Shown in pieces: positions 1 through 14,056 of a stretch of 64,000 nucleotides of DNA (positions are counted from its first letter, which is position 1; each line of letters opens with the position of its first letter). The stretch comes from Eledone cirrhosa (Eukaryota): the NCBI GenBank assembly GCA_964016885.1, contig OZ024741.1:126108001-126172000 (forward strand), given 5' to 3'. The position numbers and the translations under genes were made by a program. The notes below the pieces were generated by a model that ran no database searches, had not been told where the DNA came from, and saw only the letters and a list, made by a program, of their open reading frames with translations.

Positions 1-780
<780 letters not shown>

Positions 781-963
781 TATTATTGTTCATTTAGCTT
801 GGGTTGGAATTTATCAATAAAATTATTTTCTTTAATTTTTCTCTTGATTTCACTTGGGCTGTGTAATTTGTAGAATGGGAATATTATAAATACTTTCTGA
901 CCACATGTTGCTAGATGGTTACTCATGTATACACACATATATATATGTATATATATATATATG

Positions 964-1129
<166 letters not shown>

Positions 1130-1250
1130 TTATATATATATATATTTTTAAGTTGAGACAGTAAACAGAAAACAAAAAAAACAACGTCGAAGCGAAGAAG
1201 CAGTACAAATGTTAATATTAGTTTCACGCTTGAGAGTGGGGGGGGGGGGG

Positions 1251-1794
1251 ATCACGTTTCGGGCATAAGCCCTTCATCAGGAGAAAAGTGGGCAGGAAAA
1301 GAGTTCCGAGGGTGTGTGGAGGAGTGGTGGAAAGACATAAAAAAACGGGGGGGGGGGGAGAGAAAAGGGAGGAAATATTTTTTTTTAGAGAGTAAAAAAA
1401 TTAAAAAGAAAAAGAAACAAGTGGTGAAAGGGTGTGAGGCGTGTAGAGGTGGAGGGGGTGGAGAGGGGAGAGGGACACGGGGGCTCCGAGCGGGGAGGGC
1501 TGAAGGTGGTGTGTGTGTATGTGTATAGGTGTACCTGTGTGTGTGTGTGTGGATGTGAATGTGAGTGTTGGAGGAAGAACGAGGTTCCATGTTCGGGTAA
1601 TAGGGAAACCGGTGTGTACATGGGGTGGCGTGTAAGTCGGTGTGTGTGTGCGTGTGGATGAAGAGGGGTCAGAGGGGGTGGGGGAGAGGGAGCGTGTGGA
1701 GTCCGGAGGCTGAGTGTGTGTATGTGAGGAAACGCACGTGTGTGTGTGTTTATATGTGGTGTGGATGTATGGTTGCGTGGTGCGAAAATAGTGT

Positions 1795-1827
<33 letters not shown>

Positions 1828-2710
1828 CCTGGAGTTTTTCCACGGATTGTGAGACCGGATGTCTGAGTGTAACAGGGTGGATGGCTGGAGCGACGGACCG
1901 GTGGTGTAAAATCCTGGTATGGTAATGAGGAAGTGGAGAGTTATGGGGTGCGCGCCCAACAGGAAGTGGTCAGAGGGTCATGGCAAGCCGAAGGAGGTGG
2001 GAGGAAAGAGATATCAGTAGGGAGGTGACAGCAGGCAAGTAGTAAGGAGGCTGGCAGGTATAGATATGGTCTGTATGTGGTGTGGAATGTGTGTATGTGT
2101 GGGCGGAGGTGCGGTGGACAGGGGAGGGGATGGGTAGTTGTGAAAGGTGGAGGGAGAGGGTGGTGGTGTGGAGGAGTTGGTGTGTATATTAATGGAGGTG
2201 TTAGTGGGATGTGTGTGTGTGTGGGAGGGGGTTGGTGTTGGGGGGTAGAGTGGAGAGAGAGAGGGAGAGAGAAGGTGTTGTCGACAGCAGAAGGGAGTGT
2301 AATGTGCTGGTGTGTGTGGGTGTATTTGGATATGAGTGTGTGTGTATGTGGTAGAGTGGGTGTTAGTATTACTGGTGGTGGGGGAGGGGTTGAATGCGGG
2401 TGTGTGAGTGGGGGTTTGTGGTGGTAGTGTGTGTGTGGAGTGGGCGGTGTATCGGTGTGTACGTAGGTGTGGGTGAGTGTATGTGTGATGGTGTGTGTTC
2501 GTGTGTGTGTGGTGAGGGGGAAGGTGGGTTGGGGGTGTTAGTAATATTAGTGGTGGGGTGGTCAGATGTGGATGTGTGCGTGGGGGTTGGTGGTGGTAGT
2601 AGGGTGTGTGATTAGTGTGAGTGCGTATGTATATGTACAGGTGGGTCTGTGCGTGGCTCGTTTTTGTATTTATTTCGCAAGATTCTTGATCTGAAATTGT
2701 GTGCTGAAAC
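1251..2710 (-). mobile_element. Highly decayed Penelope-like 3' remnant invaded by (CA)n, with an HHR-like motif at 1251-1283
   Basis: Minus strand CUGAUGA A GGGC UUAU GCCC GAAAC at about 1256-1280. A weak GIY-YIG-like peptide (FYTTG...HSDIRSHNP) lies at 1840-1915. Confidence 0.4.
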
Positions 2711-3228
2711 ATATGTTGTTATACTTTTGGAGGGCCCTGCTGGAAATTAATGCTGTAAATTGGAATATATTAAGTCTAAAAATGTATTGGTTCTATTACA
2801 TTATCTTTTGAATTAATAACCTTACTCCATATATTTCGGCGAAAATTACCCTTCTGAAATAGGATCAGGCCTTTTATTTTCTTTATCTTAGTGTACGAGT
2901 AAGACTTGGTCTCAATTATTTATCGAATACATTTCTCTTTGCCTACGTAGTTAATGTTTTCGAGAAAGGCATTGATGTCATTTTTCATTACCATCTTCAA
3001 TGATTCTGACCTCTTGTGAGTAAATTAGAAATTTGTATTATATTAACCCTAGAGCGTCTGTTATATATCTTGCATGATTAAATACAATGCTTCTATGGGA
3101 ACGATAGAATTGAAATCTGAGACGAGCGTCAAGGATTCCTTATCATAAGGAAACATTCTTGCCTGCAAGGAATTATAACATTTAGCGGTTTCTAATAAAA
3201 TTAAGGCACACATACACACCGTCATTTT

Positions 3229-3289
<61 letters not shown>

Positions 3290-3294
<5 letters not shown>

Positions 3295-3660
3295 TCTCCT
3301 ATAATGCAGGTTTTAATAGTAAAATCAACTCATTGGATTCTTCTCTCCCCTTCATCCTTGCCTTTCAAAAAGAATGTATAGCCAGAACCAGTTTCTTCGA
3401 GTCTTCCTTCTTCCAAAAGCCGTGTTTCACTCAGGGGTGCAATGTCCACATTCAGTCAAGCCAGTTCTTTGAGACTAAAGCTGTGGTCTTTCTAGTCTGT
3501 TGGTGTTGTCAATATCGAGAAGAGTTCTTAAATTCCATGTTTCAAAGATCATATTAGTAGTCTTAAGTTTCCTGTTGTTTCAACTGCTTGATGTGTGGCC
3601 CGCCAGGTTTAGGTTTCCAAACTAGGCAGTGCTTTAGTCCACCTTTTCTAGGAACTTCAA
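3290..3660 (-). pseudogene. RTE LINE 5' fragment (APE endonuclease N-terminus), decayed
   Basis: Minus-strand translation gives ...RKTTALVSK...EEGRLEETGSGYTFF..., paralleling RRTALVEKEL...GHLTEFCGEYTFFWKG of the RTE at 14578. Confidence 0.6.
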
Positions 3661-3681
3661 TATAATATACAGTGTATGCAC

Positions 3682-3736
<55 letters not shown>

Positions 3737-3756
3737 TATGCAGTATATATATGTAT

Positions 3757-4093
3757 AAGGGTAAAGACACTCTTCAGTCACGAATGACTATGGGATTTGC
3801 ACCTAGAAAGTTTCCCTTTCTCCAAGTCCGGGCAAGGTTGTTTGTGGAAGACCAGCAGTCACCCATGCATACCAGCCTCCCCTCTCCACGCCACCGATGA
3901 TGTCCAAGGGAAAGGCAAAGGCTGATTGATACAGCTTAGCACCAGTGACGTCGCAACTCATTTTTACATACGAGTAAACTGGAACAACGTGAAATAAAGT
4001 GTCTTGCTCAAGGACACAACGCATCACCCGGTCCGAGAAGTGAACTAACAACCTTCCGATTGCAAGTCAAATGTTCTAACCACTAAGCCACGC
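3757..4093 (-). mobile_element. tRNA-derived SINE
   Basis: Minus-strand head GCGTGGCTTAGTGGTTAG (A box) followed by the central TGTGTCCTTGAGCAAGACACTTTATTTCAC motif shared with other copies in the window. Confidence 0.75.
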
Positions 4094-4881
4094 ACACACA
4101 TGTTTAACGTTTCTTTGGAAGGAGACAGAAGACAAAAAAAGGACAAATGAGAAAAAGAAAAAAGAGAAACGGAGAAAGCTAAACGGGATGAGAAGACCCA
4201 TTTAGTTGTAGACAGCCGTGTAGTCTGAAAACAAGAGTCTTCGAAGTTATTTTCGACTGGCGTAACATTTCAAGCAGTACGCTTTGTTGAGCGGCTGAGA
4301 GTTTATCATAAATTTATCGTAGGATTGACATTTGATAATTCGATTGTAATATCCCAAGTGCTGCATGGATAGAATGAAAAACAGTGCTGCAAAAACTGAG
4401 ACACTCGTCCTCTCAAGATAGTCGGTGCAGGATATTCTACAGGTGAGTGGAGTTCCACTGAAGCAGGTGGAGAAGAACAAGTATCTTGGGGAAATTTCCA
4501 CGATTGATGGATGGAAGGAGGCTGAATTAAGTGCAACGATTGGGGGAGGGGTGCAGTAATGCGTCAGCTTCAGCATTCATTAAACACTGCAGAAGGACGT
4601 TTACATACGATGACGCATAATCTATGTCATCAGCTATAATTGCTGACACGCACCGTTTCAATGATGTCCACTTTATCATCACTGACTGGGTTGGAAGCAG
4701 GGAATAAATTAATTTTTTGTCATGTATTGGGCTGAGATACGAATGAACAAGATTAGATAGTACCATGTTCTGGTACTATCTAATCTTGTATCGGGAGTGC
4801 GATATCACCGAAATATATAAAACACCTCAAATTTAATAGTAAGATATTTTATATACAACAAAAAAATATGTACGCATGTGG

Positions 4882-4930
<49 letters not shown>

Positions 4931-5785
4931 ACACACACACACACATACGCACACACACACATATATATATGTGTGTATATATATATTTATATGCGTGTGT
5001 ACATACATCCGGTTGATTTTCAGAAGGTTTGGGGAATTTTATAATGTAGTTGTCCCGACGTAAAAGACTACAATGATAGTTGATCATTATACATCATAGT
5101 TGAGAAAATAGGGTAAAGTACTGTTGGATATGGAAGAAACTGGACAGAACTGCTTGCAAGGAATCGGACCCTGATGCCAAATAAATGAGTTAACCATTAC
5201 ACTAGAGATACTTGGCTGCTGAACCAGCTTTATTAAGACATCAAATAATTAAGAAATTAACTTGTATTGGTGTAGTTTTATTCTACATTTCCAATGGTTG
5301 AAATTAAATACTTTAGCGTGCAGGAACTTAGCTTAAATCAAAATCGTCCAATATTAAATAAATTAAACGTTAATCTCATAATTGAACATTCTAATTCTAT
5401 GCTTTTAGAGTTTAATATTACTTAGAGGGTTGTTCTTGATTCTATCTGTCTGTCTTTTAATTATCCGTAATTAAACTGTTTATCCCGTTGTTATGATTAT
5501 TGTTGTTGTTTAACTCTATTTTAGACCTGCCTGAACTGACCTTTGTTCAGATATTTCAGTCGTCGTTTTTAGAGCTATGTAGAAGAATGTCGTCTAATGT
5601 ATGATTTCATTTATTGATAAGAGTGCGTTGGGAATTAAAGGATATTTGGCTGTTCTTCCTCGCAGGTCGAGAAGACACATAGTGTCTCAGGCGACAAAAA
5701 ATAAGAATGTTTCGTCTGGCCGTCTCCACCGTTCCCATTGTATAATACATACCATAGTTGTACCATTATTATTATTATGTATTAG

Positions 5786-6262
5786 AGGGCGGTGGATTGG
5801 CAGTATCGGTAGAGTGTCGAACGCCATGCTTTCCATCATAGTTACGTCCCTTTACGATCTGAGTTCAAATCCCGCCGAGGTTGACTTTGCCTTTCATCCT
5901 TACGGGGTCGATAAAATAAAGTACCAGTAATGCACTGGTTTATTGCTGGCCTTGTGCCTAAAGTAGAAACAATTATTATTATGTATTAGAAGAGGGCGAT
6001 GGATTAGCACTATCGGTAGAGCGTCGGACACCAATTTGCGGCATATAGTTACGGATTTTTACGTTCTGAGTTCTAATCCTGCCGAGGTTAGCTTTGCCTT
6101 TCATCTTTACGGGGTAGATAAAATAAAGTACCAGTAAGGCACTGGGGTCGATTTAATCGACTTTCCTCCCCACCAAAATTGTTGCCCTTGTACCTAAATC
6201 AGAAACCATTATTATGTATTAGATGGAGGCGATGGATTGGTGGTATCGGTAGAGCGTCGGAC
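5786..6262 (+). mobile_element. Tandem tRNA-derived SINEs (2 full copies plus 1 partial)
   Basis: Repeated GGATTGGCAGTATCGGTAGAG (A box), GAGTTCAAATCCC (B box) and TTTGCCTTTCATCC...GATAAAATAAAGTACCAG, starting near 5786, 5992 and 6224. Confidence 0.8.
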
Positions 6263-6302
6263 AACTTGTATGTATTTATGCGGGTGTGTGTATATATATA
6301 TG

Positions 6303-6425
6303 AAGGCGTGTGGCTGAGTGGTTAGAGAATTGTATTCGCAATCGTAAGGTTGTGAGTTCGATTCCTGGACCAGGCGATGCATTATGTCCTTGAGCAAGAC
6401 ACTTTATTTCACGTTGCTCCTTCTA
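6303..6425 (+). mobile_element. tRNA-derived SINE, 5' part
   Basis: TGGCTGAGTGGTTAG (A box), GAGTTCGATTCC (B box), TGTCCTTGAGCAAGACACTT core. Confidence 0.75.
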
Positions 6426-6632
6426 CCTGGAGTTGCGACCGATAGATAGTATTAGCAATTGGAAAGACCAACGGAAACATTGTTCCCTCGGTCCGATTTG
6501 ACAAAAAAGTCGATCGTTCCTTCATATATATATATATATATATCACGATAAATTAACGGAGCCATAGACCCTCGCCATTCCCTGTAAATAATGTAATCAA
6601 AGGAGAAGAAATCCTGAGCTCTTTAAAATACA

Positions 6633-7052
6633 ATATGTTGAAAAGCTAACATACTAGAGAGAGATATACAGTGCGCTATCAATAAAACAGGGAAAAACCA
6701 CCAGTGTATGGAATCTATAACCTACGAAAGGCAGACTATAGACACGATAATTAAAAATATAAATTAAAGCGTAAATAAATACCTCTATAACTATATAACA
6801 CACGTACAAATCCAAAGAGATCTGTTTCGCCAGTAAGTTGTTGACAGAAATGGAGTAACCTCGGTTCCTCAGCGTGTGTAAGGCTATACATTTCAGACAA
6901 CACTAAGAGAATTTTAAAAGTGACTGTCCAGCTACACGTGGGAGAGAGAAGTCACAGCGTGTTTAAGGGCAGTGAACCAGTGGTTTTTTCCCTGTTTTAT
7001 TGATAGCGCACTGTATATCTCTCTCTAGTGTGTTACCTTTTCAACATATTGT
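6633..7052 (-). mobile_element. Small fold-back non-autonomous element with central HHR
   Basis: About 70-bp inverted repeats (6633-6703 vs 6979-7050). A second family member lies at about 57450-57710. Confidence 0.65.
6798..6879 (-). ncRNA. Type I hammerhead ribozyme with extended stems II and III
   Basis: ACACACG CUGAGGA [37-nt stem II] GAAA CAGAUCU-CUUU-GGAUUUG UA CGUGUGU. Stem I is 7 bp, stem III 8 bp, cleavage triplet GUA. Confidence 0.8.
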
Positions 7053-7094
7053 ATATATATATATATATATATGCGTGTGTGTGTATGTATGTAT

Positions 7095-7517
7095 GTCAGG
7101 TCTCTCTCGAGTGCTACTGATAACATGTAACCCAGTATAACCTGTCTCATGGTCGGGCAAATGGCGGAGGAACTCAGCAGAGTCAACGGCCATCCAAATA
7201 GTACTTTTGTTTTTTACCTGGAAGTGAAAAGCCACCACCTTTCTGGAGGAGGGGAAACTCAGAAAAAAAAACCCAGCGGCTTCGGAAGCATCAGATGATG
7301 TTGACCAGTTCTCCTTTTCGGGTAGTGTTTTCGCTGTTCAGAGAGTGTGATTGGTCGAGTGCAAGACTTTTCCCCACTTAAAAAACCTTCAAAGCACAGG
7401 CATTGCTTGTTCAGGATCTGTTACATGTTCGTGTGTCTGGCCGTAGCCTAAAAGTGCACTATTTTCTGTAATCTGACAAGCGATAGCAATACTCTTAGCA
7501 GAGTTTTCAGCCATCAT
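7095..7517 (+). mobile_element. Non-autonomous RTE-derived element
   Basis: Shares blocks with the RTE 5' UTR at 14330-14472 and ends in ...CAGCCATC(ATGT)n like the RTE 3' end at 18590. Confidence 0.6.
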
Positions 7518-7601
7518 GTATGTATGTATGCATGTATGCATGTATGTATATATATATAAATGTATGTATCTATGCATGTATGTATGCATGCATGTATATA
7601 T

Positions 7602-10600
7602 GTTATCTCTTTCTCTTAATTTCGAGTATATTTTTTGACCGGCCACCTTCCTGGTAGCAAGGTTGTAAAAGAAAAGAAATTGTCATCTCTTGAATCGCAA
7701 GAATTTTTTGCAAATTTTGAAGGTGCCAGCTATCGCAGCCATTTGTAGACTATGAATTAGGGAGTTGCGATCTTTGTCCGCAAATCCAAGTTCAGTCATA
7801 CTTTGGTCCGAGCGGGTTGATATATAACCCGTAGCTCCAATAATGATGGGTATAAAGCTAAACGTGTATCTTGGATACTGGATTTGTAAACTCCTCATCA
7901 ATGGTCTGTAGATGTCCTCCTTCTCCTGTATTTTTCTGACAACGTTTACATCAAGTGGGCAGCTGATCTCCACAACAGAACACGTTTTCAATGTGTGGTC
8001 CCAAACAGCAATATCAGACCGGTTGTGCTTTAATTTGGTGGCAGTTTTTATTTTCAGGTTCCACCAGTATTCCTTAGTGCCATCTCTCAATATATTCTTC
8101 CTCGTTTGTTGTTAATTTTGTTTTCCGAAGTGCGTACCAGATGGTTCTAGCTATCCCATCGTGTCTCATGGGGAGGTAATAGCGAGATGACATTCTTTCG
8201 CAGCTGGCAACAATGTGGCTTACATCCTCGATCTTTGTTTTACATAGCCTACATTTATTGTTAGCTGATGGCCCTCCCCTTTTGTGCAGCAGATATTTGG
8301 TAGGGGGTTCTTGTTCCTGTATTGCATAAAGATATCCCTCAAGGTGTGATGTCATAAACTTGTCGGAACTCCATGCCAGGCTTTTTGAGTGGTTTATCCC
8401 CTCTATAGTCTGTGTTTTACGTCTCAACTTTTTCTGTAAATAGGTCAACTTTTTCATCTTGTTTGAACATTGAATAGGATCTTCCGATTTCTCTGGGTGA
8501 GAGATTTATATCAGGCTTTATTCCATATCTCTCCTCCAGATCAATCGCTATTCTAATGATATTTTTCTTTCATGCTCATAAACCCGGGCAAGATGGTTGC
8601 CAACCTTTTTCCTCTGTTGAAGATGTTGCTTCAGTGTTAATATCCGGGTCTCATATGATGTTAATATGGATTTTAGACCCCGGCCACCTTCCTTGCGTGA
8701 GAAGTATAGCCTATCCACATCACCATTGATGTTAAAGTTCCCAGTAACACTGAGATATTTGCGAGTTCTAACATCCATCTCACTTAGCTCTTGCAATGAC
8801 CAGTTCAGCAGGCCAAATGTTGGCGTTAGAATTGGCACAGCATAAGTATTGTGGGCAATGTATTTGTTGTACGCTGACAGTTCTGATGACCATATTTTCT
8901 TTACTCTTCTGAGGTATTCAGTTCTGATTCTCTCCTTATTTATGGGTCCATCATATCTGACATTCTCATCCTGTCCAAGATATCTGTAGTTGTCACCTGA
9001 CTGTAGAGGTTGTATTGTCAGGCCGTTCATCTCTAGATTTCTAGAGAAGGGCACAGCTCTTCCATGTTTTACTGCCAAATTTGGACTCACCAAATTTTAT
9101 TTTGATGTCTGTTGAAAATTGTGTAATGAGGTCAAATTGTTTCTTGATGTCATTGATATTTGGCCCATACAACTTCAGGTCACCAACAAAGAAAAGATGG
9201 GAGATACTTCTGGACCCACTTCTTTGTCCTCCTTGTTTCCTGAGTAGGTAAGATAGTGGATTTAGTGAGAGAACGAAGAGTAGCACTGACAAGCTATCAC
9301 CCTGAAAGATGCCCTTCTGGTAATGTATCTTATCAGTCTTAACTTGTTCCTTCTCACATCTAAGGATCAACTTGGTGTACCAGTTCTTGGTCAGACGTTC
9401 AACAGCAGCTACCAGTGGTTGTGGGACTTTGGCTAACTGTAAAGCCTTAACAATCCACCCATGAGGTACACTATCTAATGCTTTTTGATAGTCCAGCCAC
9501 ACCACAGTCATGTTTCTGCGATTCTTTGTTGTTTTTTCTTGAATCATTTTATTAGTTAGGTGATCTATGCAACCCCACACCTCCCTCTTTCTATCAGCTT
9601 ACTCAGGTGTTATGATGTTGTTGGTAGCACAGTGACCCTGTAAGAACAGGTTAAGGCACCCAGTATATAATTTATACATGATGTTTTGGCAGGCTATTGG
9701 GCGGTAATTTTTAGCAAGGGTGGTTTGGCTATTTTTGGGAATGAGGAGAGTAGTGGCAGTTGATAACCATCTGGGCAGTTCTTGTGTGCCTTTAATGGTT
9801 TCTGTAAACAGCCGTATGAGATCTTGCCGATAGAAAGTGAAATTCTTCAACCAGTATCCTGTAATGAGGTCTGGGCCTGGTGATTTCCTATTCGACATTT
9901 TCTGTAGAGCTGTTTCCAGTATTGACCCATCTATGTCATATTGTTTTGTCTGGGCATGTTGGCAGTAGTCCCGTTCCAGTTCTTTTAGCCAATTAGTTTG
10001 TCTGTTGAATCCGTCATCCGTTTCCCATACAGATCTCCAGTAGCTCTCAACCTGTTCTTTTGAAGGGGTGTCATTTACAGAGATTGACCTTTTGCCACCG
10101 AAGCTGCGATAAACTGATTTAGGATCTCTGGCAAACAATCTATTTAGCACTTGTCGTTTATGTGCTGTTGACTTATATTTTAGTCTTTCTGTTGTAGCTG
10201 TGAGTTGTTGTTTCAACTGGTGTAATTTGGAGTTTAAAGTTTTAAATTTTGTATCTCCAAATCGTCTCTCTAACTTTTATTTTTAGGTCTTCCTGGTGTC
10301 GTGTGAAGTTGCTCTCTATGTTGCATTTCATAACGACTGCGATGTGTGAGATACTTGGTCTCAGGGACAAAATTTTGCTTTTTAAATTTCGCATCCACGC
10401 TGGTTCAAGCTTTTTGTTTGTATCTTGATTGTGTGGTTTTAGATGTTTGTTATATGATAACAATGTGACAGCTGAAACATAACAAAATGTTAAGCGTTTC
10501 AAATGTCTTTTCTACAGATCGTATAGCCTTCAGATAATTGTCAGCTATTTCGTTCACCGCTTCCAATTCCAACTTAGTGGCTTCTTTACTGATTCTGGTG

Positions 10601-11756
10601 TTGTATGGTCTGTCACTCACATTAAGGCTGTGTATCTCTTGAAACATATCGTCCCATATCACTTGTAAGGTGTCCACAAGTTTTTGGTGTTCTGTTTGTA
10701 CAGTAGAGTCATGAATTTCAGCCTCGTTGTTGATGTGGTGACAATTACTACTAAAGTTAGCTGACCATTCTCGCTGTTCTTCAGTGGAAGTGGGATGGAT
10801 TTCAGCAAAATTGTTGGTGAACTGTTCACTGTTAGATTTAGTTGGCCATTCTCTTTGTCTGTCATTGGAGGTGGGTGGTTGTCTACAAGGGCTGTATTTG
10901 TAGTATCACTCAATTCTGTTAGATGTATCAATTTACATCTAATGATACGTTTTGCCTGTTCATTTAAATGCTTTGGAGAAAAGTCTAATTCTGGGTGCTT
11001 GGAGTTCCATAAAGATTTTAGCCTTTGCATAAAACCGAACTTTTGGGGTTCAGATTGTTTGTATGCTTCATATAATTCTTTGTTAAGCTCGTAGCTCCAC
11101 TGTATACAACGGTTGTAGTTGCGATTTGGTCGAAGGAGACTTGTACATTTTGCCATGATGAGTTCGTCTATTCACTAATATTTTGTATTTATTTTTCAAA
11201 ATAGTCGATGATCTTCTTTAAAAGTTTCGACAAAGTTCTGTCAGAATCAAATTTAAAGTTATTCACAGCTTGGGTAATATTTCTTTTCAGTTAGTTTTTA
11301 ATTCTACAACTGTGTTTTAAACGTTGTTTTTAAATCGTTTGAATCGAGAACAAAAAAAAAAACCCGTTACTTAGTATATTTCTTTATGAATGTAATATAA
11401 TATAACAACTCATATAAATAGGTGTTCTACAACATACTCACAGTTCAAACACTTATGTTTTTGTTTTTGTTTCTGAATCGAAAACGTTACTTGCATATTT
11501 CTTTACAAATGTAATATAACAACGTTGCATTTATATGTTAAAGTGTATGTATCGTTCATATATCATAAGTGTATGTATCGTTCATATAAATAGGTGTTTT
11601 ACAACACTTAAAGTTCAAACACTTTTGTAGAATTATTGTATGTAATCTTACTGCGTAATGTAGCTCAACTTTTTCCAATATATGGTATGTTGCCTTCATG
11701 TAAGCCGTAATTACACACGTCCGATTATCGGACACTGACCACAACGGTCGCCATTG
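7602..11756 (-). mobile_element. R4/Dong-like non-LTR retrotransposon (RT + CCHC + REL endonuclease), frameshifted
   Basis: Collinear ORF pieces from 11156 down to 7683: N-terminal IQWSYELNKELY...FMQRLKSLW, KSPGPD, NYRPIAC, LDYQKALDSVPH, GIFQGDSLS, HLFFVGDLKLY (catalytic D lost), CRLCKTKIEDVSHIVASC, HNRSDIAVWD...VVEISCP. Clade assigned by motif recall, not phylogeny. Confidence 0.85.
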
Positions 11757-11997
11757 TATGTATATGCAGTGTATATATGTATGTATGCATACATGTATGT
11801 ATGTATGTATGTATGTATGTATGTATGTATGTATGTATGTATGTATGCATGTATGTATGTATGTATGCATGTATGTATGCATGTATATATGTATGTATAT
11901 TTGTATGTATGTATGTATGTATGTATGCATGTATGCATGTATATAGATATGTATGCATGTATGTATGCATGTATATATATGTATGTATGCATGTATG

Positions 11998-12312
11998 GAT
12001 GTTTTCTCTTTCTCTTAATTTTGAGTATATTTTTTTGACCGGCCACCTTCCTGGTGGCAAGGTTGTAAAAGAAAAGAAATTGTCATCCCTTGAATCGCAA
12101 GAATGTTTTGCAAATTTTGAAGGTGCCAGCTATCGCAGCCATTTGTAGACTATGAATTAGGGAGCTGCGCTTTTTGTCCTCAAATCCAAGTTCAGTCATA
12201 CTTTGGTCCAAGCGGGTTGGTATATAACCCGTAGCACCAATAATGACGGGTATGAAGCTAAAGGTGTATCTTGGATACTGGATTTGTAAACTCCTCATCA
12301 ATGGTCCGTAGA
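11998..12312 (-). mobile_element. 5'-truncated second copy of the R4/Dong-like element (3' end)
   Basis: Near-identical to 7602-7915 (PLMRSLQIQYPRYTFSFIP...). Flanked by (TATG)n on both sides. Confidence 0.9.
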
Positions 12313-12462
12313 TGTATGTATGTATGAATGTATGTATGTATATTTGTATGTATGCATGTATATAGGTATGTATGTATGCATGTATGTATGCATGTATGTA
12401 TGTATCCATGTATGTATGTATGCATGTATGTATGTATGCATGTATGTATGTATATATATATC

Positions 12463-12870
12463 GGAGAGATGACTCCTTAGCCTTTGTCAAAGCACAATTC
12501 TAGGAGAAGGAAAACTCTGATATAACACCTACAATCCTGATGGTATCCAATGATGTTGACTTGTTCTTTTTGGTAAATATCATCTTGGTTAAGAGAGTGG
12601 GACTGGCTTTGTGCAGTGCCTTTGCTCACTATAAAAGCTTCCCGGTACAGGCATTGCTTTATATCTGGAGATCTCTCTGCACTTGTCGTCACATGGTACC
12701 ATGGGCTCAGCACTATGTGTCAATAATTGTCACAAGTGTAGTGTTTGTACCAGAGTTTTCAAGTCGCTGGCTGGACTAAAAAGTCACACTCGTTCAGCGC
12801 ATCGGTAGGGGTTCTCCTACATGGATATAAAGTAGTGGCCGTACTCGAAAACGAGAGATGGCAGCCACCA
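12463..12870 (+). mobile_element. Non-autonomous RTE derivative with C2H2 finger relic
   Basis: 5'-UTR-like block, then NCHKCSVCTRVFKSLAGLKSHTRSAH coding relic, 3' hairpin CTCG-AAAA-CGAG and an (ATGT)n tail. Confidence 0.75.
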
Positions 12871-13760
12871 TGTATGTATGTATGTATGTATGTATGTATG
12901 TATGTATGTATGTATGTATGTATGTATGTATGTATGTATGCATGTATGCATGTATATAGGTAGGTATGTATCCATGTATGTATGCATATATATATATGTA
13001 TGTATGCATGTATGGATGTATGCATGTATGTATGTATGTATGTATGTATGTATGTATGTATGTATGTATGTATGCATGCATGCATGCATGCATGCATGTA
13101 TGTATGTATGTATGTATGTATGTATGTATGTATGTATGTATGTATGTATGTATGTATATTTGTATGTATGTATACATGTATATAGGTATGTATGTATGCA
13201 TGTATGTATGTATGTATGTATGTATGTATGTATGTATGTATGTATGTATGCATGTATGTATGTATGTATGTATGTATGTATGCATGTATGTATATATATA
13301 TATATATATGTATGCATGTATGCATGTATGTAGTTATGCATGTATGTATGCATGCATGTATGCATGTATGTATGTATGCATGTATGCATGTATGCATGTA
13401 TATAGTTAAGTATGCATGTTTGTATGTATGTATGTATGTATGTATGTATGTATGTATGTATGTATGTATGTATGTATGCATGTATGCATGCATGTATGTA
13501 TGTATGTATGTATGTATGTATGTATGTATGTATGTATGTATGTATGTACGTATGCATGCATGTATGTATGCATGTATGCATGTATGTATGCCTGTATGCA
13601 TGTATGTATATTTGTATGTATGTATGTATGCATGTATGCATGTATATAGGTATGTATGTATGTATGTATGTATGTATGCATGTATGTATGTATTCATGTA
13701 TGCATATATGTATGTATGCATGTATGTATGTATGCATGTATGTATGTATGTATATATAGG

Positions 13761-13794
<34 letters not shown>

Positions 13795-14024
13795 TACATG
13801 CATGTATGTATGGATGTACGTATACATGCATGTATGTATGGATGTATGTATACATGCATGTATGTATGGATGCATGTATATATGTATGTATGCAGGTATG
13901 TATGCATGTATGCATGTATGCATATATGTATGTATGCATGTATGTATGTATGTATGCATGTATGTATGCATGTATGTATGCATGTATGCATGTATGTATA
14001 TATGTATGTATGTATATATGTATG

Positions 14025-14056
<32 letters not shown>

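Noticed and set aside
4247-4766. Short ORFs and a CAG|GTGAGT donor near 4440 as a host exon
   Set aside because: No recognisable domain and no supporting exon chain.
5786-6425. tRNA genes
   Set aside because: A and B boxes continue into SINE bodies with no acceptor stem. These are SINE heads.
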